NCBI GenBank assembly: GCA_964016885.1
Contig: OZ024745.1
Coordinates: 121,334,001-121,398,000 of the forward strand
Direction of reading: 5' to 3'
Length of the DNA stretch: 64,000 nt
From: Eledone cirrhosa
Lineage: Eukaryota
Position numbers and translations under genes: made by a program. The notes under the pieces were generated by a model. The model was not told where the DNA came from, did not search any database, and was given only the letters and a program-made list of their open reading frames with translations. This document shows, one piece after another, positions 27,018 to 39,820 of this stretch. Position 1 is the first letter of the stretch; each line of letters starts with the position of its first letter.

Positions 27018-27420
27018 AATAGTTTTCATTGTTAATATTTTCTCCAAACTTTGTAATTTATCCCTCGCCTCTTCCATACTCTTGCAGCATGAGCAGTATA
27101 TATACATTGCCCGTAACTCCTGATAGAGTCGTAGGGGCGCTGCATTGACATACGGCGTTTCTTGGGCATTTTAAGCCTGACGGAGCCCATCCCTCTCCAG
27201 GCCTGAGTACAGCAGATTTTCTCCAGAGAAAGATAAAAAATGAGAAAAAGATATAGAGGAAGAATCGACCCCAGTACTAGACTGGTACTTTTTTATTGTC
27301 TTCGAAAGGATGAAAGGCAAAGTTGACCTCGGTGGGATTTGAACTCAGAGAGTAGAGTGTCGGAACGAATACCATAAAGCATTCTATCCGACGTTCTAAC
27401 GACTCTGCCAATTCACCACC
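27018..27420 (-). mobile_element. Family A SINE with structured tail and downstream module; homolog of ~41010-41425
   Basis: Colinear reverse-complement match across the core, tail, TA spacer and ~80 bp beyond. Confidence 0.8.
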
Positions 27421-27631
27421 AGAATACACCTTACACACTACTAATGAAATGGTGTAATTATATTTGAATGTAACTATGTATGTATGTGAAACAAGAGGCT
27501 TAGTATTTAGGGCAGTCAGCTCATGATCGTGAAGTTGTGATTTCTATTCCTGGTGGCATATAGTGGCCTTGAGCAAGGCACTTTAATTCATGTTGTGCCA
27601 ATTCACTCTGATGGCAAAGATGAGTTATATT

Positions 27632-28104
27632 TGTAATTCAAATGGCCAGCCTCGTCACACACTGTCACGCTGAATTTCCCCAAGAACTACGTTTAAGGTA
27701 CACGTGTCTGTGGAAGGCTCAGTCACTTACTCGGTAATTGAATCAACTGAAACTGACATAGTCGAAATATTAGAGACTACATTATCCAATGTAGTTTTAC
27801 CTTATCCGTTGTATAGGTAAGGTGGGGAATTGGCAGAGTTAAGACGTCGGGTAGAATACTTTACGGTATTTGTACCTCATTGCATGCTTTGAGTTCAAAT
27901 CCCGCCGGGGTCAACTTTGCCTTTCATCCTTTCGAGGTCGATAAAGAAAGTACCAGTCCAGTACTGGGGTCGATTCTTCCTCTATAGAAAACCTGGAGAA
28001 GATTGGGCTCCACCAGGTTTAAAAGTGCCCTAGACACACCGTATGACAGTGCCTCTAGGTCTCCACAAGGAATTGTGGGATCTTTATCCGTTGTATAGGT
28101 AAGC
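27632..28104 (+). repeat. Near-identical duplicate of 13887-14364 (family B SINE tail plus TSD-flanked family A SINE)
   Basis: Colinear sequence with few substitutions, including both TSD copies. Confidence 0.92.
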
Positions 28105-29025
28105 TAGCAGCTTAAACCGACATCAACATGTATAGTTGCACACGTGATACATGTTCTACAGTAGGATAACACTACTTAACATGTAGCAGGTTAAACCGAC
28201 ATCAACATGTATAGTTGCACACGTGATACATGTTCTACAGTAGTGTAACACTATTTAACATGTAGCAGGTTAAACCGACATCAACATGTATAGTTGTACA
28301 CGTGATACATGTTCTACAGTAGTATAACACTACTTAACATGTAGCAGGTTAAACCGACATCAACATGTATAGTTGCACACGTGATACATGTTCTACAGTA
28401 GTGTAACACTATTTAACATGTAGCAGGTTAAACCGACATCAACATGTATAGTTGTACACGTGATACATGTTCTACAGTAGGATAACACTACTTAACATGT
28501 AGCAGGTTAAACCGACATCAACATGTATAGTTGCACACGTGATACATGTTCTACAGTAGTATAACACTATTTAACATGTAGCAGGTTAAACCGACATCAA
28601 CATGTATAGTTGTACACGTGATACATGTTCTACAGTAGGATAACACTACTTAACATGTAGCAGGTTAAACCGACATCAACATGTATAGTTGTACACGTGA
28701 TACATGTTCTACAGTAGTGTAACACTATTTAACATGTAGCAGGTTAAACCGACATCAACATGTATAGTTGCACACGTGATACATGTTCTACAGTAGGATA
28801 ACACTACTTAACATGTAGCAGGTTAAACCGACATCAACATGTGTAGTTGCACACGTGATACATGTTCTACAGTAGGATAACACTACTTAACATGTAGCAG
28901 GTTAAACCGACATCAACATGTGTAGTTGCACACGTGATACATGTTCTACAGTAGTGTAACACTATTTAACATGTAGCAGGTTAAACCGACATCAACATGT
29001 GTAGTTGCACACCTGATACATGTTC
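28105..29025. repeat. 79-bp satellite array, ~11.5 copies
   Basis: Same unit as 14365-15006; runs into a family B SINE tail (TGTTCCGTTGATC..ACCGACGGA). Confidence 0.97.
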
Positions 29026-29184
29026 CGTTGATCAAGTAGATTGAACAGACATCGTGGAAACCGACGGAAGTCCAACACACGTTACTATTTGATATTACGA
29101 ACTCATATTAAATGTTCCGTGTAACGAGTCTTGTTATCGTCTACACAATACTGACAAAGGTGTAGCTGTTGGACAGTAGCTTAT

Positions 29185-30195
29185 TTATGTGTGTGAATAT
29201 GTGTGTATGTGTATTGTACAAGCACGCATGTGTGTGAATATGTGAGTGATATGTGTGTATGTGTATTGTACAAGCACGTATATGAGTGATATGTGTGTAT
29301 GTGTATTGTACAAGCACGCATGTGTGTGAATATGTGTGTATGTGTCTTGTACAAGCACATATGTGTGTATGTGTATTGTACAAGCACGTATGTGAGTGAT
29401 ATGTGTGTATGTGTATTATACAAGCACGCATGTGTGTGATATGTGTGTATGTGTATTGTACAAGCACGTATGTGTGTGAATATGTGTGTATGTGTATTGT
29501 ACAAGCACGTATGTGAGTGATATGTGTGTATGTGTATTGTACAAGCACGTGTGTGAGTGATATGTGTGTATGTGTATTGTACAAGCACGTATGTGTGTAT
29601 GTGTATTGTACAAGCACGTATGTGAGTGATATGTGTGTATGTGTATTGTACAAGCACGCATGTGTGTGATATGTGTGTATGTGTATTGTACAAGCACGCA
29701 TGTGTGTGATATGTGTGTATGTGTATTGTACAAGCACGTATTTGTGTATGTGTATTGTACAAGCACATATGTGTGTGAATATGTGTGTATGTGTCTTGTA
29801 CAAGCACGCATGTGTGTGATATGTGTATGTGTATTGTACAAGCACGTATGTGAGTGATATATGTGTGTATGTGTATTGTACAAGCACGTATGTGTGTGAT
29901 ATATGTGTGTATGTGTCTTGTACAAGCACGTATGTGTGTGATATGTGTGTATGTGTATTGTACAAGCACGTATGTGAGTGATATGTGTGTATGTGTATTG
30001 TACAAGCACGTATGTGAGTGATATGTGTATGTGTATTGTACAAGCACGTATGTGTGTGATATGTGTGTATGTGTATTGTACAAGCACGTATGTGAGTGAT
30101 ATGTGTGTATGTCTATTGTACAAGCACGTATGTGTGTGATATGTGTGTATGTGTATTGTACAAGCACGCATGTGTGTGATATGTGTGTATGTGTA
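29185..30195. repeat. ~40-bp minisatellite, ~25 copies
   Basis: Unit ATGTGTGTATGTGTATTGTACAAGCACGTATGTGAGTGAT. Confidence 0.95.
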
Positions 30196-31460
30196 CGTGA
30201 TATGTGTATGGGCACGCGAACATGTGTGTCTCTGTGTGTGATGTGTGTGTGTGTGGCTGTGTGTGGTTGTACGTCTGTGTGATGTGTAAGCGTTTGTGTG
30301 TGTGATATGTGAAATTCACACGGGTGTCTGTGTGTGATGTGTGTGTGGTTGGTTGTATGTCTGTGCGTTTCTGTGAGTGTGATGTGTTGTATGTGTGTTG
30401 TATATGATATGTGTATGCACACGTGCCTATGTGTGTAGTTGTAAGTATGTGTAATGTGTGTGTTTGTGTGTGATGTGTGTGGTTGTATGTGTGATGTGTG
30501 TTTGTGTGTGTGATGTACGTGGTTGTTTGTGTGTGTAATGTGTGTGTTTGTGTGTGTGATGTGTGTGGTTGTATGTGTGATGTGCGTGGTTGTTTGTGTG
30601 TGTGATGTGTGTGTGGTTGTATGTATGTGTGATGTGTGTGTGTTTATCTGTGTGATATGTGTGGTTGTATGTATGTGTGATGTGTGTGTGTTTGTGTGTG
30701 TGATGTGTGTGGTTGTATGTATGTGTGATGTGTATGTGTTTGTATGTCTGTGTGATGTGTATGTGTTTGTGTGTGTGATGCGTGTGTGGTGTGTATGTGA
30801 TTTTGTGTGGTCGTATGTCTGCGTGATGAGTGTGCGTTTGCGTATGTTATATGTGTATGCACAGGCGAGCATGTGTGTGTGAGATGTGAGTATGCACAGG
30901 CGAGCATGTGTGTGTGTGATGTGTGTATGCACACGCAAGCATGTGTGTGTGTGTTATATGTGTAGGCAGACGCGAGCATGTGTGTGTGTGATGTGTGTAT
31001 GCACACGCGAGCATGTGTGTGTGTGTGATGTATGTATGCACACGCGAGCATGTGTGTGTGTGATGTGTGTATGCACACACGAGCATGCGTGTGTGTGATG
31101 TGTGTGTGATGTGTGTATGCACACGCGAGCATGTGTGTGTGTTTGTGATGTGTGTATGCACACGCAAGCCTGTGTGTGTGTGATGTGTGTATGCACATGC
31201 GAGCATGTGTGTGATGTGTGTATGCACACGGAAGCATGTGTGTGTGATGTGTGTATGCACACGGGAGCATGTGTGTGTGTGTGTGGTGTGTGTGATGTGT
31301 GTATGCACACGCAAGCATGTGTGTGGTGTGTGATATGTGTATGCACACGCGAGCATGTATGTGTGTGATGTGTGTATGTAGACGCGACGATGTATGTGTG
31401 TGATGTGTGTATGCACACGCGAGCATATGTGTGTTTGTATGTGTGTGGTGTGTGGTGCAG
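30196..31460. repeat. TG-rich low complexity and ~35-bp minisatellite (GTGTATGCACACGCGAGCATGTGT..)
   Basis: Direct reading. Confidence 0.92.
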
Positions 31461-31626
31461 TTGGAATATATTATTCCAGAATACTGGAATAATATATTCT
31501 GTATGACCATAAATTATGGTTGCTGTCTCTTGGATAAAACATCATCTCTCTGTGTCTCTGTAAAGTTAGGAACAACATGGAACATAATTGATTGACCGTA
31601 CAGGCATTCCATGGCAATGATGTGTT

Positions 31627-31634
31627 CACACACA

Positions 31635-31668
<34 letters not shown>

Positions 31669-31888
31669 CATACATATACACATACATACATACATATATA
31701 CATACATATATACATACATACATATACACATACATATTCACATACATACATATATACATACATATACACATACATACATATACACATACATATTCACATA
31801 CATACATATTTACATACATATATACATGCATACATATACATATACACATACATACATACATACATACATACATACATACATACATACA

Positions 31889-31920
<32 letters not shown>

Positions 31921-31970
31921 CATAGCCACATACGTACATACATACATACATACATACATACATACATACA

Positions 31971-32001
<31 letters not shown>

Positions 32002-32020
32002 TTACATATACACACACATA
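31627..32020. repeat. (CATA)n microsatellite
   Basis: Direct reading; forms the 5' flank of the PLE. Confidence 0.97.
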
Positions 32021-32025
32021 CTTAC

Positions 32026-33884
32026 ATGCGAGACGCTATCACATATAAACTGTGGTCTAACACCGGCCAAGTCATTAGATGGTTCTCGGACCTTGGGTCC
32101 AAGGACTCGATGAGGTTTCTCCAGTTTGACATTGACGGTTACTACGCTTCTATATCCCCGGCACTGCTTAACAAAGCATTAACCCTAGCTTGCACTAATT
32201 CAGACATAACTAATAAAGAGATTGCCATCATCCTTATGGCTAGGCAGACCATTATCGAATTCAAAGGCTTGTTCTGGACAAGAAAGGACAGAGCGGATAA
32301 CTTTGATATCACAATGGGTTCTAGCGATTCCGCGCAAGTCACAGACTTAGTTGGAATCTACCTCTTACATAACATTAGAGCTCAGCTCCCACCGTTGCAA
32401 GGCGGATTATATAGGGACGACGCCCTATTTGCGGTCCACAATTGCACGGATCGTGGCATTGAATTGCTCAAAAACATAACTACACAGATTCTTTAAAAGT
32501 AACGGTCTATCTATTACCATCGAACCTAACCATAAGGTAGTGAATTTTCTTGATGTCACCCTTGATCTTAATAACAACCTATATTACCCTTATCATAAAT
32601 CAGGTGAAATACTTACTTATATTAGCCCGCACTCTAACCACCCACCGGCAGTCATCAGAGCGGTCATTAAGTCTATCTCATATAGGATTTCCTTGCTATC
32701 CGCCAATGAGGAGATATTCAATGCCCATGCGGCATATTATAATAAGGCCCTTTCTGAATCTGGTTATACACAGTCTATCTACTACATACCTAAAGGCCAT
32801 AACACAGAACTTCACCGCAACCCCAATAACTGTAACACTAGAACTAGAAACACAATAGTGTTTAGCCAGATTTGCCGGAATTCTAGGCCTACCAATACCT
32901 ATACAGCTAGTCGTAATAGAGGCAGAGGCCTACTCCCTACTCCTAGTAGCAGGCTCAGAATCAACCCTAGATTAAGAAATGATAATAGGCCGACCATTAG
33001 CAAGCACATTGGTAATAATAACCCTAGTAATGCCCCTGCCAACTCTGCTAGACCCCATAGACGCAACAGACCTAGAAAAATCACCTGGCTCAACCCCCCT
33101 CTCTCATCTAATGTAGCTACCAACATCCCTAAACGCTTCTTCTCCATCCTATCTACTATCCCCCCCCCCCCCCAACCATAGATATTACAAGCTCTTTAAT
33201 AAAAACAATATTAAAATCTCCTTCTCCACTACACCGAACCTAGCTAGCCACATGGCATTTAGCAACTATCATAAACTAAAAAAATATAACTCCCCCCCCC
33301 CCCTGCGGCCCCCCACCCATAAGTACTCCACCAATACTCATCGTAATAACAGAACACCCCCATCGTAATAACAGAATACCCCCATCCGATCCCTCTAGTA
33401 CACAACAGCCGCATAGTTTAAACAACCCTACTCCTACTAATCGCAACCGTAATTGCAACTGCCGTAACCCCACTGCGTGCCCGCTTAACGGCCTGTGCCT
33501 TACGCCCAATATCGTATATAGGTGCAGGGTTAGAACGGCCTCATCCACTAGCCCTTATATTGGCTCTACATCAAGCCCCTTTAAGGTTCGCTATAATGCG
33601 CACTCATTTTCCTTCCGCGACCCTAGCAATAGATGCTTAACTTCTCTAACTAGGCTCATTAAAAACCTTAGAGTAGCCAACATTGAACATTCAATAGCTT
33701 GGAAATCTTAGCTAGATCTCCTGCATTTAATGGGAGAAAAAACTCTTGCGATCTCTGTTTTACCGAGGTCTATCACATAACTTTGTCAAGGCCACCTCCC
33801 ATCAATGATAGGAACGAGTTGGTGATCAACTGCCACCACCGCAGAGCGAGTTCCTTCGCCAACAGAATATTCGACCCAGCTTAG
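32026..33884 (+). pseudogene. Penelope-like element ORF (Naiad-type): reverse transcriptase, CNC..CP..G.C zinc knuckle and GIY-YIG endonuclease; 5'-truncated and frameshifted
   Basis: QFDIDGYYASI, FDITMGS.D.A...LVG, GLYRDD, NFLDVTLDL, SNHPP, RKITWLNPP, CNCRNPTACPLNGLC, IVYRC..YIGST..FK.RY..H, CDLCFTE, INDRNEL..CHH. Confidence 0.93.
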
Positions 33885-34556
33885 CCCATCCTTTAGTCAT
33901 GCTCCTCCCTAAAACTAACAAATTAATGGCATCATTAGTCCACCACATAAACACCTATAAGTTACCTCCCTAAGCTACAAATCCCACTGCAACTATACCT
34001 ATAAACTACCTCCCTACCCTGCCTTGGTTACAGCTCCTAGTGGGATTCTTGGCTCTCCAAGGAGTACATTGAAACCCATCTCTATACAATAAGATGGCTT
34101 CCCTGCAGGAAGCCATTTTGGTATGTGATGGGCACCAGTGTTTACCTTCAGCCTCGACAGACATCTGATGTTTATTTATACCATACACATGAAATTCTCC
34201 AGTGCCAAGGTGCCTCATCTAGGGAGTTGCTAATCTTACGGACACGTAACCCTCCCATTTTATTTTTATTTTATTTCATCTTTATTTTTATTTCTGCTTT
34301 ATATATAGTAATAATCTCATTATCTCTCCCCAAGTTCCGAAGATCTGCTACATAATATTATTCTATGTTACTTATATTTCTCTGTACCAAATCAATAACT
34401 TTCCTACCATTGATTGATCCAGAAACATTATATGGAGTAGTGAAACAATTGTAAACTGACATTACTATCCCCTTTCTATATTAAACTGCACTTAATGTTG
34501 ACACTCTGTGACTAATGTCTTCTATGTGAATTTGTGGTCTTGATTTGCTTAACTAG

Positions 34557-34560
<4 letters not shown>
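33885..34560 (+). mobile_element. PLE 3' UTR / pseudo-LTR ending at a (TA)n tract
   Basis: Follows the endonuclease stop; contains hairpin 34075-34132 and GAAAC-AATT-GTA (34442-34453); (TA)n begins at 34561. Confidence 0.6.
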
Positions 34561-34625
<65 letters not shown>

Positions 34626-34628
<3 letters not shown>

Positions 34629-34704
34629 TAAGGTACTCAATACATAGCAGAGTATAACAGTTTTAATATAGGACTAGATACCTCCGATTCAACCCGGAAT
34701 AACG

Positions 34705-34705
<1 letters not shown>
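34626..34705. mobile_element. Rearranged family 1 terminal pieces between TA tracts
   Basis: AAGTAAGGTACTCAATACATAGCAGAGTATAA matches 39241-39272; ACCTCCGATTCAACCCGGAATAACGT is the reverse complement of 39206-39231. Confidence 0.75.
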
Positions 34706-34740
<35 letters not shown>

Positions 34741-34872
34741 TACATATATATATACATACTTACATACATACAGACATACACACACACATACATAGCCACA
34801 TACATACATACATACATACATACATACATACATACATACATAGCCACATATATACATACACATGTACATACA

Positions 34873-34907
<35 letters not shown>

Positions 34908-35090
34908 GTACATACATATATACATACACATGTACATACATACATACATACATACATACATACATGCATACATACATACATACATACATACGCATACACA
35001 CACATACATACATACATACATACATACATACATACATACATACATACATACATACATACATACATACATACATACATACATACATACATA
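34706..35090. repeat. (TA)n/(CATA)n microsatellite
   Basis: Direct reading. Confidence 0.97.
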
Positions 35091-35602
35091 AAGGTTATAT
35101 ATGAATATGTATATGTAAATACACTGAGTCACGTGCAAGTATTCATGTCTGCTTGTATTAGCTGTCCAAATTAATACATTCTATTTGTTGTTGTTGAACC
35201 TCGGTCTCATAAGATCATAAGTGTACCGGTTTATTGAATAAGCCTGCTCGTAGTTCTCAGGGAGATTCAGCGTAACACAAGTGTGGCAAGGCTGGCTTCT
35301 TGGATTACAGATACAACTCATCCAGCTGAGTGGACCGGAGTGATAAAATGTCTTGCTCAAAACAACTCGTCGCCAGGAATCGAACTTACAACTTTACGAT
35401 CGAACACTTTAACCATTAAGCCACGTGATTTCATTTGCATTCTATCTATACGGGTGGATTGAGGTGACGATTGTTATTGTTTGGGTGTGTCTTCAAGTTT
35501 ATCAGACTATACCATCATTCTATATATCTTCTAAGACCATCTTGAATATTCACAGAAGACACAGTGTTAAAGTTTGTCACAAGTATGAAAATACACTCTT
35601 GA

Positions 35603-35950
35603 CAGGTGCGATGTGTCCGAACACGAAAGAGCCGAACTCCCACCGTTACCTCCCCCATCTCTCTCGCCCTCCCCATCTCTCTCGCCCTCCCCATCTCTCT
35701 GTATAGTGAGCAAATGGAGTCCCACGTGCTGGGCGCCCTACAGCCCCGGCGGACAGAATGGAGAAGACGTTTCCCCGGAGGATGGTAAGGGAGATGCGCT
35801 GGAAGAGCCATTCCATCTCACGATGCTCACACCAGCGGCTGGCCAGCTCAGCACCTATGGTGGTGACTAGAGAGGTAGCCCTAAGGCCAAGGGCACCAGA
35901 AGTCTCCACTACCAAGGGCACGACCGCAAGCCTGTCGGAGAGCGACCGGG
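35603..35950 (-). pseudogene. CRE-like non-LTR retrotransposon 3' end (RLE endonuclease C-terminus plus 3' UTR)
   Basis: LSDRLAVVPLVVETSGALG..A.......G..LA.R..EHREMEWLFQRISLTILRGNVFSIL matches the CRE-clade ORF terminus (P...ET.G..G / FQR.S....RGN). Confidence 0.8.
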
Positions 35951-37136
35951 CTGTTTCGTGTTGTGGCTTAGTGGTGAGTATTCGGTTCATGGTTGTAAGA
36001 CCGTGAGTTCGATTTTCGGTGGCGCGTTGTGTCCTTGATACTTTATTCCATATTGCTCCATTCCACTCAGCTGGCAAATATGGCTTATACCTTTAATTCA
36101 ACTAACCATGTCACATACTGTGTCATGCTGATTGTCGGATAGAATGCAACCGAAGTCAACTTTAACTTTCATCTTTTCGAGGTCGATAAAAAAAAAGTAC
36201 CAGTCTAGTACTGGAGTTCTAACTCACTGAGTAAACCATCCTAGCCTAACCTTAACAAACCTATGGTAACCTACCCTATGGTAACCTACCCTATGAGCTA
36301 CGGCAAGTCATTGATATTATTATAATCTCTACGTTAAATCGACTTAACAAATATGAGATTCAGTAGGAAATAATTGTGGTAGGCTGCTAGAGTTATGGTA
36401 AGTGGTGTCCAACAAGTTTTAGGCAGGCAGTTTCACTGTTTACCCCTCAGTGGTAAAGGTTCACATTTTATATTCGGCAGACAAGTCGACCCCTGGTTTT
36501 GGAGAGATATTTTTAGGCGCCAGATGTCGACTTGTACGCCGGCATATATGGTATTTACTAATTAATTAATTCAATTCGTTCATTAAATAATTATTACTTT
36601 TTGGTGTAGGAAAAATCGAATTCTATGTACTCAACGCTTTGTCTTTTCCGATTTGTTTATAACAAAACCTTTTTAATATGCTTCAGATTCAATATGTTTT
36701 AGGTTAATTGTTTGCACATAATGTTATAAAATTACATTAAAATTGATTTTTTTTTGTGTCGGAATTTGTTTTACAAGACACGTTAAAAATCAATAAAATT
36801 AATTCTGTAAATTATAAAACAACGGAAACTATTCTGTCTGCCTGAGCCTCTTTGGTTGCCTTGTATTTCAATCGTAAATGGATAACTGATATAAGATATA
36901 ATGGAAGTTTGACTACAAGAAATAGTGTATTATATGTTATGAAAAATACCGTGCACGATAACAATAACAACTGCTTCATTATGATAATGAATATATGATC
37001 AAGTGAAAATTCATCTGCATAGATTTTAACTAATAAAGTGAAATGGGGTGACTTAGTGAGAGAGAGGGGAGGTGAAGTATGAGAAAGCCTGATTGAAATG
37101 GAACATTTGTAAGAATGTGCAATATTAAGACAACAG

Positions 37137-37716
37137 GGTGGTGGACGGGTAACATTGGAAGAGCGTCGGATAAAATGCCATTGTGGTATTTGTCTCAATG
37201 TTGCCTTTCATTTGTCCATAAAGTAAAGCAGCGGTCTAGCGCTGGTGTTGCTTTAATTAACTCTTCGCCCAAATACGCGCATCTTATGCCTCAATTAGAA
37301 ATCAATATTAAGAAAAGTTGACTTTGCCTTTCATCCTTACGGGGTCGATAAAATAAAGTACCAGTAATGAACTGGGTAATTGCTGGCCTTGTGCCTCAAT
37401 TAGAAATCAATATTAAGAAAGAAGTATTTTTATGGCTCTTTACTTTCAGAGTTCAAACCACTCAGTGGTCAATTTTGCCTTCCATCTTTCTTCCGAGGTC
37501 GGTAAAATATAGGGAACCAGTCAAGTACTGAAGTCGATATAACCGACTTTCTCTTCACCCCAAAATTTCTAGCAGTGCGAAAATTAGAAACTAGTATTAA
37601 GAAAGACAGTTTCAATCCCAGTAATAAACACTTCCACCAATCTTTTGTCCCCAGTAATAAACACTTCCACCAATCTTTTGTCCCCAGTAATAAACACTTG
37701 CACCAATCTTTTGTCC
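37137..37716 (+). mobile_element. Family A SINE fragments followed by a 33-bp triple repeat (37617-37716)
   Basis: SINE core motifs; CCCAGTAATAAACACTTCCACCAATCTTTTGTC x3. Confidence 0.7.
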
Positions 37717-37978
37717 TACAGTTCTTAACGTGGAAAAGATGTCTGGGGTCTCTAGAAGAAGTAACAGATAAATGTAACTTTTCGGTTTTCACCAATAAAA
37801 TTAGCAAAATTCGTCTTATCCGGCGAATATAGGCCTAAACCTGAATTATACCTCAGTATTTTAGAGGTCGACCTATGTACCGGATCGACGTGTACGCCAG
37901 CATATACGATAGCACCGCGGACTAACTTTATTGACGAGTTAACACCATACTACAACAGCCGCCAGAATTTGGCAATAA

Positions 37979-38615
37979 TCTATATATCTAAAACAGAGAA
38001 TGTCTGTCTGTTCCCCTAAAACTCGAGAACCACCCAACCGATTTTTTTCAAACTTTACACATGTAATACTTATGGTCGTGTGAGTGTTTTGAGCAAATAA
38101 TATTTCAAATTTTGAATGCCCTAGGGACCGCATTAGGCGCCGGTTAGCGATCTCTCTCTCTTTCTTAGTCTGTCTTTTTAGATAGATACATAGCTATAAC
38201 GTCGCGCCCTTATAATATCTGTCTGTATCTCTGGCTGTCTGCATTACGACATTATGAAAACATTGACTTCGCTATCTGTGTGTGTATATATGTATATATA
38301 GTGTGTGTGTATATATATAGTGTGTGTAACGTTTTTCGAAATATTTACTTCTGCGTTCACAGATTGATTCTTTGCTTAAACTTTAATCTGTTATTTTAAT
38401 ATATATATATATATATAATTATATATTCGTGTACAGATATTTTTGTATACACAATAACAAAATATAAACAAACGTATTTATTTTTTATAAACACAAAATG
38501 TAGACACCATCCCCAGGCCGAGGTATTTCGTACTTCTATGTACGGTTTCAGAAAGGAGGGATAAACATGCCAATCTATGTTTAGAATCCCGAGCAACGCC
38601 GGGCCATTCTGCTAG
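37979..38615 (+). mobile_element. Complete non-autonomous Helitron
   Basis: A|TCTATATAT 5' end; 3' hairpin CCCGAGCAACGCCGGG then CTAG|T; no TSD; an internal segment also occurs inverted at ~16220-16325. Confidence 0.85.
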
Positions 38616-38855
38616 TTTATACTAAGTCATTAACAACACTAGACTTATCTATGAATCAATCATTTCCTATTGAATATATACACACCATAATGCAGATAAC
38701 TATAATAATGGTTGAATAATCGGGCAAAGTATCTTCAGAGACTGAAAAAATGGACAAAGATGTCTGCTCTGCCCACATTTTTCCATCACCAAGCGACGCA
38801 TACAACTATTATCTATAGTTATTAACTATCTGAGTAAATGTGTCTCTGTGGGTGC

Positions 38856-38963
<108 letters not shown>

Positions 38964-39037
38964 ATATATATATATTTTGTTTATCGTGAACTCGTGCGCC
39001 GATTTTTCGATACTCGATTATTCTACTATATATATAC

Positions 39038-39087
<50 letters not shown>

Positions 39088-39129
39088 TTATATATATATA
39101 TATGTATATACATATATATATTTATATAC

Positions 39130-39207
<78 letters not shown>

Positions 39208-39287
39208 GTTATTCCGGGTTGAATCGGAGGTAACCACAGTAAGTAAGGTACTCAATACATAGCAGAGTATAAAAGTTTTAATATAGA

Positions 39288-39341
39288 TGAGATTCTACAG
39301 GACTAGAACTGTTTCATTCATTAGAAATCATCAGGAATCCC
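39288..39341 (-). ncRNA. Type I hammerhead ribozyme, minus-strand copy
   Basis: GGGATTC-CTGATGA-TTTCTAATGAAT-GAAACAG-TTCTAGTC-CTGTA-GAATCTC. Confidence 0.7.
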
Positions 39342-39396
39342 TGAGATTCCTGATGATTTCTAATGAATGAAACAGTTCTAGTCCTGTAGAATCTCA
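39342..39396 (+). ncRNA. Type I hammerhead ribozyme, plus-strand copy
   Basis: Stem I TGAGATTC/GAATCTCA (8 bp), CTGATGA 39350-56, stem II T.TTC-taat-GAA.T, GAAA 39369-72, stem III ACAG/CTGT, cleavage triplet GTA ending at 39388. Confidence 0.78.
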
Positions 39397-39489
39397 TCTA
39401 TATTAAAACCTATATATATATATATATATATATGTATACACCTATATTTCTGTCTCAGTTCATGAACGTGTGTATGCAAGTAACGTTTC

Positions 39490-39820
39490 CCTGTCGGTGT
39501 ATGTGTATGTATAGGTATACTGTCGTATGTATAGGTATACTGTCGTATGTATGTGTATGTATAGGTATACTGTCGGTGTATGTGTATGTATAGGTATACT
39601 GTCGGTGTATGTGTATGTATAGGTATACTGTCGGTGTATGTGTATGTATAGGTATGCTGTCGTATGTATGTGTATGTATAGGTATGCTGTCGTATGTATG
39701 TGTATGTATAGGTATACTGTCGTATGTATGTGTATGTATAGGTATACTGTCGTATGTATGTGTATGTATAGGTATACTGTCGTATGTATGTGTATGTATA
39801 GGTATACTGTCGTATGTATG
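39490..39820. repeat. ~30-bp minisatellite
   Basis: Unit GTATGTGTATGTATAGGTATACTGTCGTAT. Confidence 0.93.

Larger units (their letters stand above)
39206..39409. mobile_element. Fold-back PLE-type element (hammerhead family 1) in (TA)n
   Basis: Perfect 65-bp arms 39275-39339/39345-39409 with a 5-nt loop. Confidence 0.9.

Noticed and set aside
29141-31510. His/Thr/Cys-rich ORFs up to 585 aa
   Set aside because: They are translations of TG/CA minisatellites, open in several frames at once.
33440-34400. Selenocysteine recoding/SECIS as reported for some Naiad elements
   Set aside because: The conserved Cys positions are TGC/TGT with no in-frame TGA seen, and no SECIS core was evident.
36225-36555. 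Additional DNA-transposon ends (CACTGAGTAAAC/GTTTACCCCTCAGTG; GTCGACTTGTACGCC; also 63273-63500)
   Set aside because: Too degenerate to assign TIRs and TSDs with confidence.
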